A DNA stretch of 64,000 nucleotides from a bacterium (GTDB taxonomy: Bacteria; Omnitrophota; Gorgyraeia; Zapsychrales; Zapsychraceae), in assembly GCA_030429765.1 (NCBI GenBank), contig JAUIER010000016.1, positions 38,017-102,016 on the forward strand. The letters are read 5' to 3'. Shown here in pieces: positions 37,540-47,266 of the stretch. The notes under the pieces were generated by a model. It made no database searches. It was not told the origin of the DNA and saw nothing but the letters and a program-made list of their open reading frames with translations. The stretch's first letter is position 1. Each line of letters begins with the position of its first letter. The translations under genes and the position numbers were made by a program.

Positions 37540-37980
37540 ATGTCCAAATCATTTAAAGTTACAGCCAGCTTATTGATGTTTTTTTTAATATTTGCAATGG
37601 CAATGTGTCCTCCAGCTGTTGCGGATGAGGTCCCCTTGTACATAAAGTATCGGTTTCAGAAGGAAACCGGTCGTCGGTGGATAGATGCATCGCATGAGCG
37701 GCAACAGAAGTTTTTGGCCGAGGTTCGGGATCGAAACCGAAAGGCCAGAATGCGAAAGCAAGTCAAAGCCATGAAGCAGGCTCAGAAAGCCAGTGTCGAA
37801 CAGTCTCGCCGGGCGGTCAAGGAAGCCAAAGAAAATGCTCGAAAACAGCGACGGCTAGTGAGACAGCAAATCAAGCAGCAAAAACTGCTTTTGCGAAGAC
37901 AAAAAGCTCAGCAAATGCGGGCCAAAATGATTGAGAAAATCCGACAGGCCAGAGAGAAAAGCAAGAGTTTACGTCGTTAG
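37540..37980 (+). CDS. Hypothetical exported, very basic (K/R/Q-rich) helical protein
   Basis: Signal peptide ending AVA. The C-terminal two-thirds is dominated by K/R/Q/A. Confidence 0.6.
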   Translation: MSKSFKVTASLLMFFLIFAMAMCPPAVADEVPLYIKYRFQKETGRRWIDASHERQQKFLAEVRDRNRKARMRKQVKAMKQAQKASVEQSRRAVKEAKENARKQRRLVRQQIKQQKLLLRRQKAQQMRAKMIEKIRQAREKSKSLRR

Positions 37981-38737
37981 TATTTTGGATAAAATCGCAG
38001 AACTTACAAATTTTATTTTAACCTCCAAAAACCTATGCTTCTTCACGGGAGCAGGTATATCCACTGACAGCGGTATCAGCGATTACCGCAGCAAGGGCGG
38101 TCTGTGGGACCGCTTCACACCCATCACCATCCAAGAATTTATAGATGATCCAGCCAAACGTCAGGAGTATTGGCGCAGAAAGATCGAGTTGTATCAGAAT
38201 TTTTCCAAGGCCAAGCCTAATCCTGGGCACGTAGCAATTGCCGAATTTGAGCAATTCGCCCCGGTGCGTGGGGTGATTACCCAGAACATTGATGGTTTGC
38301 ATCAGCTCGCCGGAAGTACAGCCGCTCATGTCATTGAGATCCACGGCAGCAACCGGGAAACTATTTGTCTGAATTGTGGAGACTTGACGTCTTGGGAGGA
38401 TTCTTATCAACGTTTGACTAGCGGCGAATCGGCACCGCTTTGTCTCTCCTGCGGCGGTTTGCTCAAACCGAATACCATCTCATTTGGGCAGCGACTCAAC
38501 CCAGAAATTTTGGATAGGGCTGTACAACTGGCCGGTGAATGTGATTTAATGATTGTAGTCGGGTCAACACTCCTCGTGGAGCCGGCGGCAAGTTTACCTC
38601 GCATTGCGAAGAAGAACGGAGCCGCTTTGGTGATCATCACGCTGTCGGATACGCCCTTAGATCAGCTGGCCGATATCAAATTTTCTGAATCAGCATCCGA
38701 CGTTTTATCCGCGGCGGTTGAATCGTGTCGATCTTAA
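37931..38737 (+). CDS. cobB: Sir2/CobB NAD-dependent deacylase; real start probably ~37986
   Basis: TGAGISTDSGISDYR, TQNIDGLH, EIHG, two CxxC, GSTL.V.PAA. Confidence 0.9.
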   Translation: MRKSDRPERKARVYVVSILDKIAELTNFILTSKNLCFFTGAGISTDSGISDYRSKGGLWDRFTPITIQEFIDDPAKRQEYWRRKIELYQNFSKAKPNPGHVAIAEFEQFAPVRGVITQNIDGLHQLAGSTAAHVIEIHGSNRETICLNCGDLTSWEDSYQRLTSGESAPLCLSCGGLLKPNTISFGQRLNPEILDRAVQLAGECDLMIVVGSTLLVEPAASLPRIAKKNGAALVIITLSDTPLDQLADIKFSESASDVLSAAVESCRS

Positions 38738-38756
38738 CCAACCATCTTTAATCCAA

Positions 38757-40121
38757 ATGAATGAGTGGCTTTTAAAAGGCGTAGATTTTGTATGGGGAAT
38801 TCCCCTCATGCTATTTCTTGTAGGGACGGGTCTTTTTCTGACGATTCGGTTGCGTTGTGTTCAATTCCGCGGCTTATCACATGCCGTCCGCGTCGTGAGC
38901 GGAATTTTTGATCGCCAGAATGATCCAGGTGAAATATCACACTTCCGGGCCTTGTCCACGGCCCTGTCAGCAACCATCGGGACCGGGAATATCGTCGGTG
39001 TGGCGGCGGCCATTCTGGCCGGCGGACCGGGCGCTGTGTTCTGGATGTGGGTGACGGCCTGTGTCGGAATGGCCACCAAGTTTTCCAGTTGTACCCTGGC
39101 CGTCCATTTCAGGAAGATTGACGAGCATGGAGAGGCGCATGGCGGTCCGATGCATTTTATCGAACGGGGCATGGGGCGGCAGTTTAAATGGCTGGCCGTG
39201 GCCTTTGCGGGCTTCACGGCGCTGGCCAGTTTTGGTATCGGAAATATGTTCCAGATCAACAGTATGGTCTCGGCGGTGAGTGAGCTCATGTATGGGCAAG
39301 GCATTGAGCCTCACCTGGGATTAAAGTGGGGTATCGGGATTGTCTCGGCGATGGCTGTGGCCAGTGTGATCCTGGGCGGGATCAAGCGAATCGCGGTTAT
39401 TGCGGGATTTCTGGTTCCCTTTATGTGTGCCGCCTACGTGTGTATTGGCCTGTTCATTTTAGTATTGAACGCTGAATCAATCCTCCCGGGAATTAAGCTG
39501 ATTTTGTATCATGCATTTAATGCGCCGGAGTCAGTCACGGGAGGACTCTTGGGTGGAGTGATCCGTTCAGGCGTGGCGCGTGGTTTATTTTCCAATGAGG
39601 CCGGTCTGGGATCGGCGGCGATGGCCCATGGCGCCGCGCGAACGAGCGAGCCGGTGCGGGAAGGTCTTGTGGCCATGTTAGGGCCGTTGATTGACACGCT
39701 CGTGGTCTGCACAATCACGGCGCTGGTGATCGTGAATACCGGTGTTTATGAAACAGTGAAGATCAAAGGACAGCTTACCGCCGCGGCATTTGATGCGGGG
39801 CTTCCGGGAGCCGGTTGGGTTGTCTCGGTCGGGATTATCCTCTTTTCATTTTCAACACTCGTCGCCTGGTCTTACTACGGAGATCGGGCGGTTGACTATC
39901 TGTTCGGACCCCATGCAGTCACACCGTACCGGTTTGTTTACACCGGGTTTATTATATTGGGGGCCGTCCGTCCGCTGGATGAAGTGATCAATTTTTGTGA
40001 CATCATGAACGCGTTGATGGCCATCCCGAATCTGATTGCTATAATCGTCTTGTCCCCGGTGGTGGCGGATCTCACCCGGAATTATATGCGGAATTTGTCC
40101 CACGCCACGACGGGCGAGTAA
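38757..40121 (+). CDS. Na+/alanine (AGCS family) symporter
   Basis: TIGTGNIVG, GGPGAVFWMW, RGLFSNEAGLGS, DTLVVCT, MAIPNLI. Confidence 0.93.
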   Translation: MNEWLLKGVDFVWGIPLMLFLVGTGLFLTIRLRCVQFRGLSHAVRVVSGIFDRQNDPGEISHFRALSTALSATIGTGNIVGVAAAILAGGPGAVFWMWVTACVGMATKFSSCTLAVHFRKIDEHGEAHGGPMHFIERGMGRQFKWLAVAFAGFTALASFGIGNMFQINSMVSAVSELMYGQGIEPHLGLKWGIGIVSAMAVASVILGGIKRIAVIAGFLVPFMCAAYVCIGLFILVLNAESILPGIKLILYHAFNAPESVTGGLLGGVIRSGVARGLFSNEAGLGSAAMAHGAARTSEPVREGLVAMLGPLIDTLVVCTITALVIVNTGVYETVKIKGQLTAAAFDAGLPGAGWVVSVGIILFSFSTLVAWSYYGDRAVDYLFGPHAVTPYRFVYTGFIILGAVRPLDEVINFCDIMNALMAIPNLIAIIVLSPVVADLTRNYMRNLSHATTGE

Positions 40122-40162
40122 AAATTCCTTGTCATCCGGCGGTCGAATCATATAATTGTAGG

Positions 40163-40831
40163 ATGTCAAAAACGACCCATCACATCAAGGCCGTCATCTT
40201 CGATATGGACGGCGTGATCACGAATACAATGCCGGACCATCACCGCGCCTGGAAAGTCACCCTGGATAAATACGGTATTCCGCTGACGCATGAGGATGTT
40301 TATACCCGAGAAGGTCAGCCGGGAGACGAGGCATTGGTGGAGATATTCGCCAAGTACAAGGTTTCCGGGCGGGATTCCGAAATTCCCGTGATTTTGCGGG
40401 AAAAAGAGGAGTATTTTAAAGAAATTGTTCGGTTGAGATTTATTCCAAAATCAAGGACCCTGCTTCGAACATTACACAAACGCGGTATTCACCTGGCGCT
40501 GGTCACCGGGACGGCCCGGCATGAGCTTAAAAAGATTTTACCGGATTCCCTGGCCAGTCTGTTTTCGGTGGTTGTCACGGGAACGGATGTCACGAATGGC
40601 AAGCCTCATCCGGAGCCGTTTTTAAAAGCCCTAAAGCATTTGGCTATTCCGGCCCATGAGGCGGTGGTGATTGAAAACGCACCGTACGGTATCCGGTCGG
40701 CCAAATCAGCGGGCCTCAAGTGCATCGCCCTGGAAACATCTTTATCTCGGCAACATTTATTCGAAGCGGATCATATATTTGAATCCATGACCGATCTCAA
40801 TGAAAAAGTACATTTTGAACTGATCGCATGA
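40163..40831 (+). CDS. HAD-family phosphatase (beta-PGM-like)
   Basis: FDMDGVI, GKPHPEPF, VIENAPYG. Confidence 0.9.
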   Translation: MSKTTHHIKAVIFDMDGVITNTMPDHHRAWKVTLDKYGIPLTHEDVYTREGQPGDEALVEIFAKYKVSGRDSEIPVILREKEEYFKEIVRLRFIPKSRTLLRTLHKRGIHLALVTGTARHELKKILPDSLASLFSVVVTGTDVTNGKPHPEPFLKALKHLAIPAHEAVVIENAPYGIRSAKSAGLKCIALETSLSRQHLFEADHIFESMTDLNEKVHFELIA

Positions 40832-41691
40832 AATCCAGCAAAATTTTAGTCCTCTACAAAAAGACCGCCTATTCCATTTACAAAGGCGAAAAAATCATCG
40901 GTGATTCGGCGGCAACGTCATTGCTGAGGGCCGAACATCGGCGCCTGCGAAAGGCCCACGACGAGCATCATCAGACTTATGAGCATGTCATCCAATCGCT
41001 GAAAGAGATGGGTGTGGCGTTTAAGGCATTTTACCGCGGGCGGGAAATTCCGTTTCGGGATTACGATATTGTGCTCACCATCGGAGGTGACGGAACATTT
41101 CTGAAGGCTTCATCTTTTCTGGATAAACAATTGATTATCGGGATCAACTCTGCGCCATCTTACAGCGTCGGGCGGTTGTGTACTATGAAATTGGATTCAT
41201 TTCAATCGACGATGTCAAAGGTGATGGCCGGCCGTCACAAAGTCCGGGAATTGCAGCGTATTGAATTACGGGTGGGTAAAAGGCCCCCACTGAATGTTCT
41301 TAACGATGTGCTGATCGCGCATTCCAACCCCGCCGTGTTGAGCCGCTATTCGTTGAAGATCGCCGGCAAGCAAGAAGAGCAGCGAAGTTCGGGTATTTGG
41401 GTTTCCACTCCGGTGGGCAGTTCGGGAGCTATCGGCTCGGCCGGGGGTAAACAGTTGCCGGCATATGCCAAAAAGTTTCAGTATCTGCCCCGGGAGCTGT
41501 ATGAAGGTTTGTATGATCCCTACAAATTAGTCGGGGGTGTTCTGGGGCCGCGGGCTTCACTTAATCTCGTATCCTTGATGCCCAAAGGCCGGGTGTATGT
41601 CGATGGGGGACAGAATCAGATTGAGTTTCCCTACGGAGAGCACATCCGGTTGACGCTATCCAAAAACCCAATAAGGACATTACCCCTATGA
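40828..41691 (+). CDS. nadK: NAD kinase
   Basis: GGDGTFL, LNDV, STPVGSS, VDG. Confidence 0.85.
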   Translation: MKSSKILVLYKKTAYSIYKGEKIIGDSAATSLLRAEHRRLRKAHDEHHQTYEHVIQSLKEMGVAFKAFYRGREIPFRDYDIVLTIGGDGTFLKASSFLDKQLIIGINSAPSYSVGRLCTMKLDSFQSTMSKVMAGRHKVRELQRIELRVGKRPPLNVLNDVLIAHSNPAVLSRYSLKIAGKQEEQRSSGIWVSTPVGSSGAIGSAGGKQLPAYAKKFQYLPRELYEGLYDPYKLVGGVLGPRASLNLVSLMPKGRVYVDGGQNQIEFPYGEHIRLTLSKNPIRTLPL

Positions 41692-42047
41692 AAAGTGTAT
41701 TGATCATTTCACACGGCAGCCGTTCGGCGAAGACCAAAGAAGAGGTCGAACAGTTGGTTGAAAAACTCAAGGTCAGGAATTCTGAGCTGATCTTTCGATA
41801 TGGATTTCTGGAACTTGAATCACCAAGCATTCCGGAGGGGATTGATCAATGTGTGGCGGCCGGAGCCAATGAAGTCCTGGTCCTGCTGAACTTTCTCAAT
41901 GCCGGACGTCATGTGGACAAAGATATTCCAGAGATCGTCGAGGAGTCCCGCCAAAAACATCCGAAGGTCTGTATACATATCAGTCCGCCGGTGGGGCAAC
42001 ACCCCGGCATCGTGCAATTATTTACCGATATCATCCATGACAACTAA
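41688..42047 (+). CDS. Short CbiX/SirB chelatase
   Basis: ISHGSR, FLELESPSI, FLNAGRHVDKDIP, VGQHP. Confidence 0.88.
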   Translation: MKSVLIISHGSRSAKTKEEVEQLVEKLKVRNSELIFRYGFLELESPSIPEGIDQCVAAGANEVLVLLNFLNAGRHVDKDIPEIVEESRQKHPKVCIHISPPVGQHPGIVQLFTDIIHDN

Positions 42048-42053
42048 TTTTCC

Positions 42054-43103
42054 ATGACTTCCCGGCCTTCCATCGCCAGATTACTGAATAATTGGTACCG
42101 AAAGAATTCCCGGGCCCTACCGTGGCGTGAAACCACGGATCCCTACAAGATCTGGATATCCGAGGTCATGCTCCAGCAAACCACCGTGGCGACGGTTATT
42201 CCATACTATCAGAAATGGACCAGCAAATATCCTACGGTCCATGCCGTCGCACAGGCGTCCGAACAGGAATTGCTCAAGATGTGGCAGGGGCTCGGATACT
42301 ATCAGCGTGCCAAGAATCTTCACAAAGCGTCTCGCATCATTTCCCAAGAACTCAACGGCAAACTGCCATCAACCCGGGAGGAGTTGAGTAAGCTTCCAGG
42401 CTTCGGGCCATATACCACGGGCGCGGTCCTGAGCATAGCCTTTGACAAAAGAGAGCCGATCGTCGATGCCAACGTTCGTCGTGTGGTGATGCGTTTACTC
42501 GCGATTGAAGGAGAGGCGACACCCAAGGTGGACAATCAGATTACCGAGTATCTCTGGGAAGTGATGCCGCAACGTAATTTGCGTACGTTTAATCAGGCCT
42601 TGATGGAGCTCGGCGCTTTGGTGTGCCGCAGCAAATCACCATTGTGTTTGCTGTGTCCGCTCAAAGACCATTGCGCGGCGTATCGCCAGGGCGTGCAGGA
42701 GATCATTCCGCCTCCCAAGCGGAAAGTCATAAAGGATCTCGATGTCGCGATCGCGGTCATAGAAGCTGATGGAAAGTATCTGATCCAAAAACGCGGTTCC
42801 AAGGGGCTGATGGCGGATCTGTGGGAATTTCCTGGCGGTAAGATTGAGTCCGGCGAAAGTCCGCGACAGGCCTTGAAGCGGGAGGTTCGCGAGGAGGTGG
42901 ATATTGAGATTGCAGAGATCCGCCACTTTATCGATCTCAAGCATTACTATACCCAGTTTAGAGTCCACCTGAAGGTATTCCTGTGCCGGCCTGAGAATCC
43001 GCCGGTGGAGACGGCGGATCGTCAATGGGTGTCCAGGGCTGATTTGTCCCGCTTTCCGATGCCTTCCGGAAGTGCCAAAATAGTTGACAAACTACAGCAA
43101 TGA
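42054..43103 (+). CDS. mutY: A/G-specific adenine glycosylase with Nudix-box C-terminal domain
   Basis: WISEVMLQQT, WQGLGYY, LPGFGPYT, VDANVRR, Fe-S Cys cluster, WEFPGGK. Confidence 0.95.
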   Translation: MTSRPSIARLLNNWYRKNSRALPWRETTDPYKIWISEVMLQQTTVATVIPYYQKWTSKYPTVHAVAQASEQELLKMWQGLGYYQRAKNLHKASRIISQELNGKLPSTREELSKLPGFGPYTTGAVLSIAFDKREPIVDANVRRVVMRLLAIEGEATPKVDNQITEYLWEVMPQRNLRTFNQALMELGALVCRSKSPLCLLCPLKDHCAAYRQGVQEIIPPPKRKVIKDLDVAIAVIEADGKYLIQKRGSKGLMADLWEFPGGKIESGESPRQALKREVREEVDIEIAEIRHFIDLKHYYTQFRVHLKVFLCRPENPPVETADRQWVSRADLSRFPMPSGSAKIVDKLQQ

Positions 43104-43139
43104 TGATATCCTTACTAGCCTAATCAAGTTAGTAAGGAT
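43084..43139 (+). promoter_or_regulatory. Promoter with overlapping inverted repeat, candidate Rrf2 operator
   Basis: TTGACA-17 nt-TATCCT. Perfect 10-bp inverted repeat ATCCTTACTA-N12-TAGTAAGGAT at 43108-43139. Confidence 0.6.
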
Positions 43140-43146
43140 TAAAACA

Positions 43147-43569
43147 ATGCGTATTTCAGCCAAAATTGATTATGCCTGCCGGGCGCTTCTGGAGCTGTCC
43201 CTGCATTGGCCCAACAAGACACCGTTGCAGATCAGTGAGATCTCCCGGCGTCAAGACATTTCGATACAGTTCCTGACGCAGATCCTGATATCGCTCAAGC
43301 AGCTCGGTTATACGGAAAGTGTCCGCGGAAAACGCGGTGGATATCTGCTGTCGAGGTCGCCGCAAGATATCAAGCTTGATCAGGTGGTGGTGGATCTGGG
43401 CAGCGTCGGATACAGCGTGGCGGAGCGGACGTCGGACGAAAACAGTGTAATGGATCAGATCTGGGCCGAGGTGGACGAGGCCGTGCTCAAGGCGATGGCG
43501 AATATTACGTTTGAAGATATCGCCAACCGGCAGAAGTCCCAGGAAAATATAGTGATGTTCGACATCTAA
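43147..43569 (+). CDS. Rrf2 family regulator (CymR-like, no Fe-S cysteine triad)
   Basis: YACRALLEL, SVRGKRGGYLL, ending MFDI. Heads the cys operon. Confidence 0.9.
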   Translation: MRISAKIDYACRALLELSLHWPNKTPLQISEISRRQDISIQFLTQILISLKQLGYTESVRGKRGGYLLSRSPQDIKLDQVVVDLGSVGYSVAERTSDENSVMDQIWAEVDEAVLKAMANITFEDIANRQKSQENIVMFDI

Positions 43570-43603
43570 TCGATGCACACGATACAAGCGGATTAACGGA
43601 TTT

Positions 43604-44590
43604 ATGGTCTTTGTCATTTTCTTACTGGCCGTGTTCTTTGCCACCAATATGGGAGGCGCCAGTTTTGCCGCCTCTTTTTCAGCGCCCTATGGCGGAAAAG
43701 TGATCGGACACGGACGGGCTGCGATTTTGTTTATTGTCTTTGTCCTGATAGGCGCTGTGCTATTCGGACAAAACGTGGCGGTCACGTTAGGCAATAACAT
43801 CGTGCCGGCGTCGGCGATGACAGGCAAGGCCATCGTTATTGTCTTTTTATCCGCGGGGCTCAGCATGTTTGTGGCCAATCGTGCCAACATCCCGCAGTCA
43901 ACCAGTCTGGTAACGGTCGCGGCGATTGCCGGAGTCGGATGCTACATCGGTGATGTCAATACACGTGAGATTTTACGTTTTGTCCCGTTCTGGATCTTAC
44001 TGCCACTGCTGAGTTATTTGATGACGTATATCTGCGTCGGACGGATCTATCCGCCCCGGGCGGGTAACTTTTGGATTTATCAGAAGTTAGTGAACCAGAA
44101 AAGCAAGCTCAAGGCGTTTGTTCTGATCGCCAGTTGTTACAACGCTTTCTCCGTCGGGACCAACAATGTCGCCAATGTGGTCGGGCCGATGATGGGATAT
44201 GGCCACACACCATCTGGACAATATGGTTTTGGAGGAGATGCCTCGGCTATACTGATGCCGGTTATGGCCGTTATTTACGGGCTTGGGGCGGTGCTGTTTA
44301 CCGGCCCAATCAAAACGGCCGGCAACAAAATCGTGCCGTTGGGATTGATGACGGCATCGGTTATTTCATTTATCAGCGGAACGCTCATGATCATTGCGTC
44401 GTGGTGGGGCGTTCCGCAATCATTTGTCATGCTCCAGATGGGCGCGCTATTTGCCGTGTCGAGTTTGAAGCACGGCACGGAGTACACGCTTAAAAATCCA
44501 TTGATTCAGCGCACGTTTTATACCTGGACTATTAATCCCGTGATCACATTGTTTATCAGTTACGGATTGTGTTTTTTAATTATGAGGTAA
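43604..44590 (+). CDS. PiT-family anion transporter, probable sulfate permease (CysP-like)
   Basis: NMGG, PQSTS, GTNNVAN, GVPQS. Located in the cys operon. Confidence 0.8.
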   Translation: MVFVIFLLAVFFATNMGGASFAASFSAPYGGKVIGHGRAAILFIVFVLIGAVLFGQNVAVTLGNNIVPASAMTGKAIVIVFLSAGLSMFVANRANIPQSTSLVTVAAIAGVGCYIGDVNTREILRFVPFWILLPLLSYLMTYICVGRIYPPRAGNFWIYQKLVNQKSKLKAFVLIASCYNAFSVGTNNVANVVGPMMGYGHTPSGQYGFGGDASAILMPVMAVIYGLGAVLFTGPIKTAGNKIVPLGLMTASVISFISGTLMIIASWWGVPQSFVMLQMGALFAVSSLKHGTEYTLKNPLIQRTFYTWTINPVITLFISYGLCFLIMR

Positions 44591-44591
44591 T

Positions 44592-45524
44592 ATGTCAGCC
44601 AAGATCGTTGATACAGTGATAGATTTGATTGGAAATACCCCTTTGATTCGGTTAAACCGGATCCGGTTGGACGACCAGTCGGCGGAGATTCTCGGAAAAC
44701 TGGAATCCTTTAACCCGGGCGGCAGCGTGAAGGACCGGCCATGTCTGGAGATGATTGAAGCGGCGGAACGCGAAGGATTGATCAGTGAGGGAACCACGAT
44801 CATTGAGCCCACTACGGGCAACACCGGTATTGGCCTGGCCATGATTTGCGCGGTCAAAAAGTACAAATGTATTTTGACCATGCCCGAGGACTTGAGTCTG
44901 GAGAGGATCTATCTGTTGCGCTCCTACGGGGCCGAAGTGGTCTTGACCCCGGCCCGGGCGGGTGTACGCGGCTCCATCGAGCGGGCTGAGCAGTTGCACA
45001 AGAAGATCAAGAACAGCTTTATTCCGCTTCAGTTCAAAAGCCGTTCCAATCCCGAGGCCCACCGCAAAAGCACAGCCGTCGAAATTCTGGATGCCTGTGA
45101 TGGTCGGATAGACGCCTTTGTCGCCGGCGTGGGAACAGGCGGGACGATTACCGGAGTCGGAGAGATTCTTAAGGAACGGATCAGTCACGTGAAGGTGGTG
45201 GCTGTCGAGCCTGAGACCTCGGCGGTTTTATCCGGACAAAAGCCGGGGCAACATCGTATCCAAGGGATCGGCGCCGGTTTTGTTCCGGAGATCCTGAATC
45301 GATCTATTATAGATGAAATCATTCCCGTGTCGGATCAGGACGCGTTTGATATGACGCGTTTGCTGGGATCCCGGGAAGGGCTTTGCGTGGGCATATCGGC
45401 GGGGGCGAATGTGGTGGCTGCCCGTCAAGTGGCGCAGCAATTAGGGCCTGATAAACGGGTGGTCACGATTTTATGTGATACCGGCGAACGATATTTTTCA
45501 ACCGAACAGTTTTTTACCGCTTAG
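44592..45524 (+). CDS. cysK: Cysteine synthase A
   Basis: NPGGSVKDR, GNTG, GVGTGGT, HRIQGIG, DTGERY. Confidence 0.95.
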   Translation: MSAKIVDTVIDLIGNTPLIRLNRIRLDDQSAEILGKLESFNPGGSVKDRPCLEMIEAAEREGLISEGTTIIEPTTGNTGIGLAMICAVKKYKCILTMPEDLSLERIYLLRSYGAEVVLTPARAGVRGSIERAEQLHKKIKNSFIPLQFKSRSNPEAHRKSTAVEILDACDGRIDAFVAGVGTGGTITGVGEILKERISHVKVVAVEPETSAVLSGQKPGQHRIQGIGAGFVPEILNRSIIDEIIPVSDQDAFDMTRLLGSREGLCVGISAGANVVAARQVAQQLGPDKRVVTILCDTGERYFSTEQFFTA

Positions 45525-45536
45525 GAGAATTTTCTG

Positions 45537-46262
45537 ATGAAAGAAAAAATCAATGACTATATCCAGCAGACCGGCGGGTTTGAGGCCGAAGAGATCCTGA
45601 AATTTGCCTATTCAGAATTTGGCGATCGATTGTCCTTCGCGACAAGTCTCGGCGAGGAAGATCAGGTCTTGACCGATTTGATCGCCAAGGCTGAACCACG
45701 GATTCGGATATTCACCCTGGACACGGGGCGATTATTTCAGGAAAGTTATGATCTGCTCGCCAAGAATCAAAAACGCTATCCAATGGCGGTGGATGTTTAC
45801 TTTCCTAACGCGGCGAAGATAGAATCGATGGTCAAAGAACATGGTGTTAATTTGTTTTACGATAGCGTCGAGAATCGAAAGATGTGTTGCGGAGTTCGCA
45901 AGGTTGAGCCGTTGCAACGTGCGCTTTCGACGGTGGATGCGTGGATTACCGGCCTGCGGCGGTCTCAGTCAGTAACCAGGGCGAACATGAAGACGTTTGA
46001 GTGGGATGATGCCAATCAAAAGGTCAAGATCAATCCATTGGCCGATTGGTCATTGGACCGATTGCGGGAATACATTCAAACAAACAAGGTGGATGTGAGT
46101 CCGTTGCATGAAAAGGGATTTGTAAGTATTGGTTGCGCGCCGTGTACGCGTGCCATCAAGCCGGGGGAAGATATCCGTGCCGGACGGTGGTGGTGGGAAG
46201 CGCCGGAACAGAAAGAATGTGGTTTACACAACAATCCCAATCGTCCCCCGGCCAAGTCGTAA
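45537..46262 (+). CDS. cysH: APS/PAPS reductase, Fe-S APS-reductase type
   Basis: LDTG, CCGVRK, SIGCAPCT, RAGRWWWE, ECGLH. Confidence 0.93.
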   Translation: MKEKINDYIQQTGGFEAEEILKFAYSEFGDRLSFATSLGEEDQVLTDLIAKAEPRIRIFTLDTGRLFQESYDLLAKNQKRYPMAVDVYFPNAAKIESMVKEHGVNLFYDSVENRKMCCGVRKVEPLQRALSTVDAWITGLRRSQSVTRANMKTFEWDDANQKVKINPLADWSLDRLREYIQTNKVDVSPLHEKGFVSIGCAPCTRAIKPGEDIRAGRWWWEAPEQKECGLHNNPNRPPAKS

Positions 46263-46315
46263 TTTTCGAGCGTATAGGGAATCTATTCAAAGTTTAATTC
46301 ATACAGGAGCAAGAC

Positions 46316-47212
46316 ATGAGCAAGCAAACGATGACGAAACTAGATGAAATTGAGGCGCAAAGTATATTTATCTTTCGTGAAGCCTACCGCGAGTTCAAGA
46401 ATCTCGCGATGCTGTGGTCGATTGGAAAGGACAGTACCGTACTCTTGTGGTTGGCCCGTAAGGCCTTCTTCGGTCACGTGCCGTTTCCATTGGTTCATAT
46501 TGATACCAGTTACAAGATCCCGGCGATGATCGAGTATCGGGACAAGCTGGCCAAGGAGTGGAAGCTTAATATGGTCTATGGCCAGAACAAACAAGCCCTA
46601 AAGGACAAACAAACGTATCCCGATGGAGCGATTGATCGAATCTCCTGCTGCAAGGCCTTAAAATCAGAAGCGCTCAAGCATACCCTGGCCGGCTCATGGC
46701 CGCGATTTCGGTTGAATCATGAGATCGGTGAGTATGAGGTCGATACCAACACAGAGCCGTACACAGGTGTTATTGTCGGTGTTCGAGCGGATGAAGAAGG
46801 CAGTCGCTCCAAGGAACGGTATTTCTCGCCGCGGGATAGAAACAATGATTGGGACGTCGGTGATCAGCCGCCGGAGCTTTGGAATCAGTTCAAGACCGAT
46901 TTTGCGCCGGGAACTCACCTGCGGATTCATCCACTGCTGGACTGGACGGAGTTGAATATCTGGGAGTACATCGAACGTGAAAATATTCCGATTATTGATC
47001 TGTATTTTGATCAAGGCGAGGGGACGCGTTACCGGTCTCTTGGATGTATGCCGTGCACATTACCGGTTGAATCGACGGCCAAGAATGTACCGGAGATTGT
47101 CGAGGAGCTTCGATCCGGAAAATTTAAAAACATAGCCGAACGATCCGGTCGAGCTCAGGACAAAGAGGACGGCGGCGGTCTGGAAACACTGCGGGTTGAC
47201 GGATATATGTAG
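46316..47212 (+). CDS. cysD: Sulfate adenylyltransferase subunit 2
   Basis: [32 protein letters not shown]. Confidence 0.94.
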   Translation: MSKQTMTKLDEIEAQSIFIFREAYREFKNLAMLWSIGKDSTVLLWLARKAFFGHVPFPLVHIDTSYKIPAMIEYRDKLAKEWKLNMVYGQNKQALKDKQTYPDGAIDRISCCKALKSEALKHTLAGSWPRFRLNHEIGEYEVDTNTEPYTGVIVGVRADEEGSRSKERYFSPRDRNNDWDVGDQPPELWNQFKTDFAPGTHLRIHPLLDWTELNIWEYIERENIPIIDLYFDQGEGTRYRSLGCMPCTLPVESTAKNVPEIVEELRSGKFKNIAERSGRAQDKEDGGGLETLRVDGYM

Positions 47213-47266
47213 GTACATCATAGGCGCTAATCAATCGTAGATATGAGAAACGAAAAGGATATAGAG

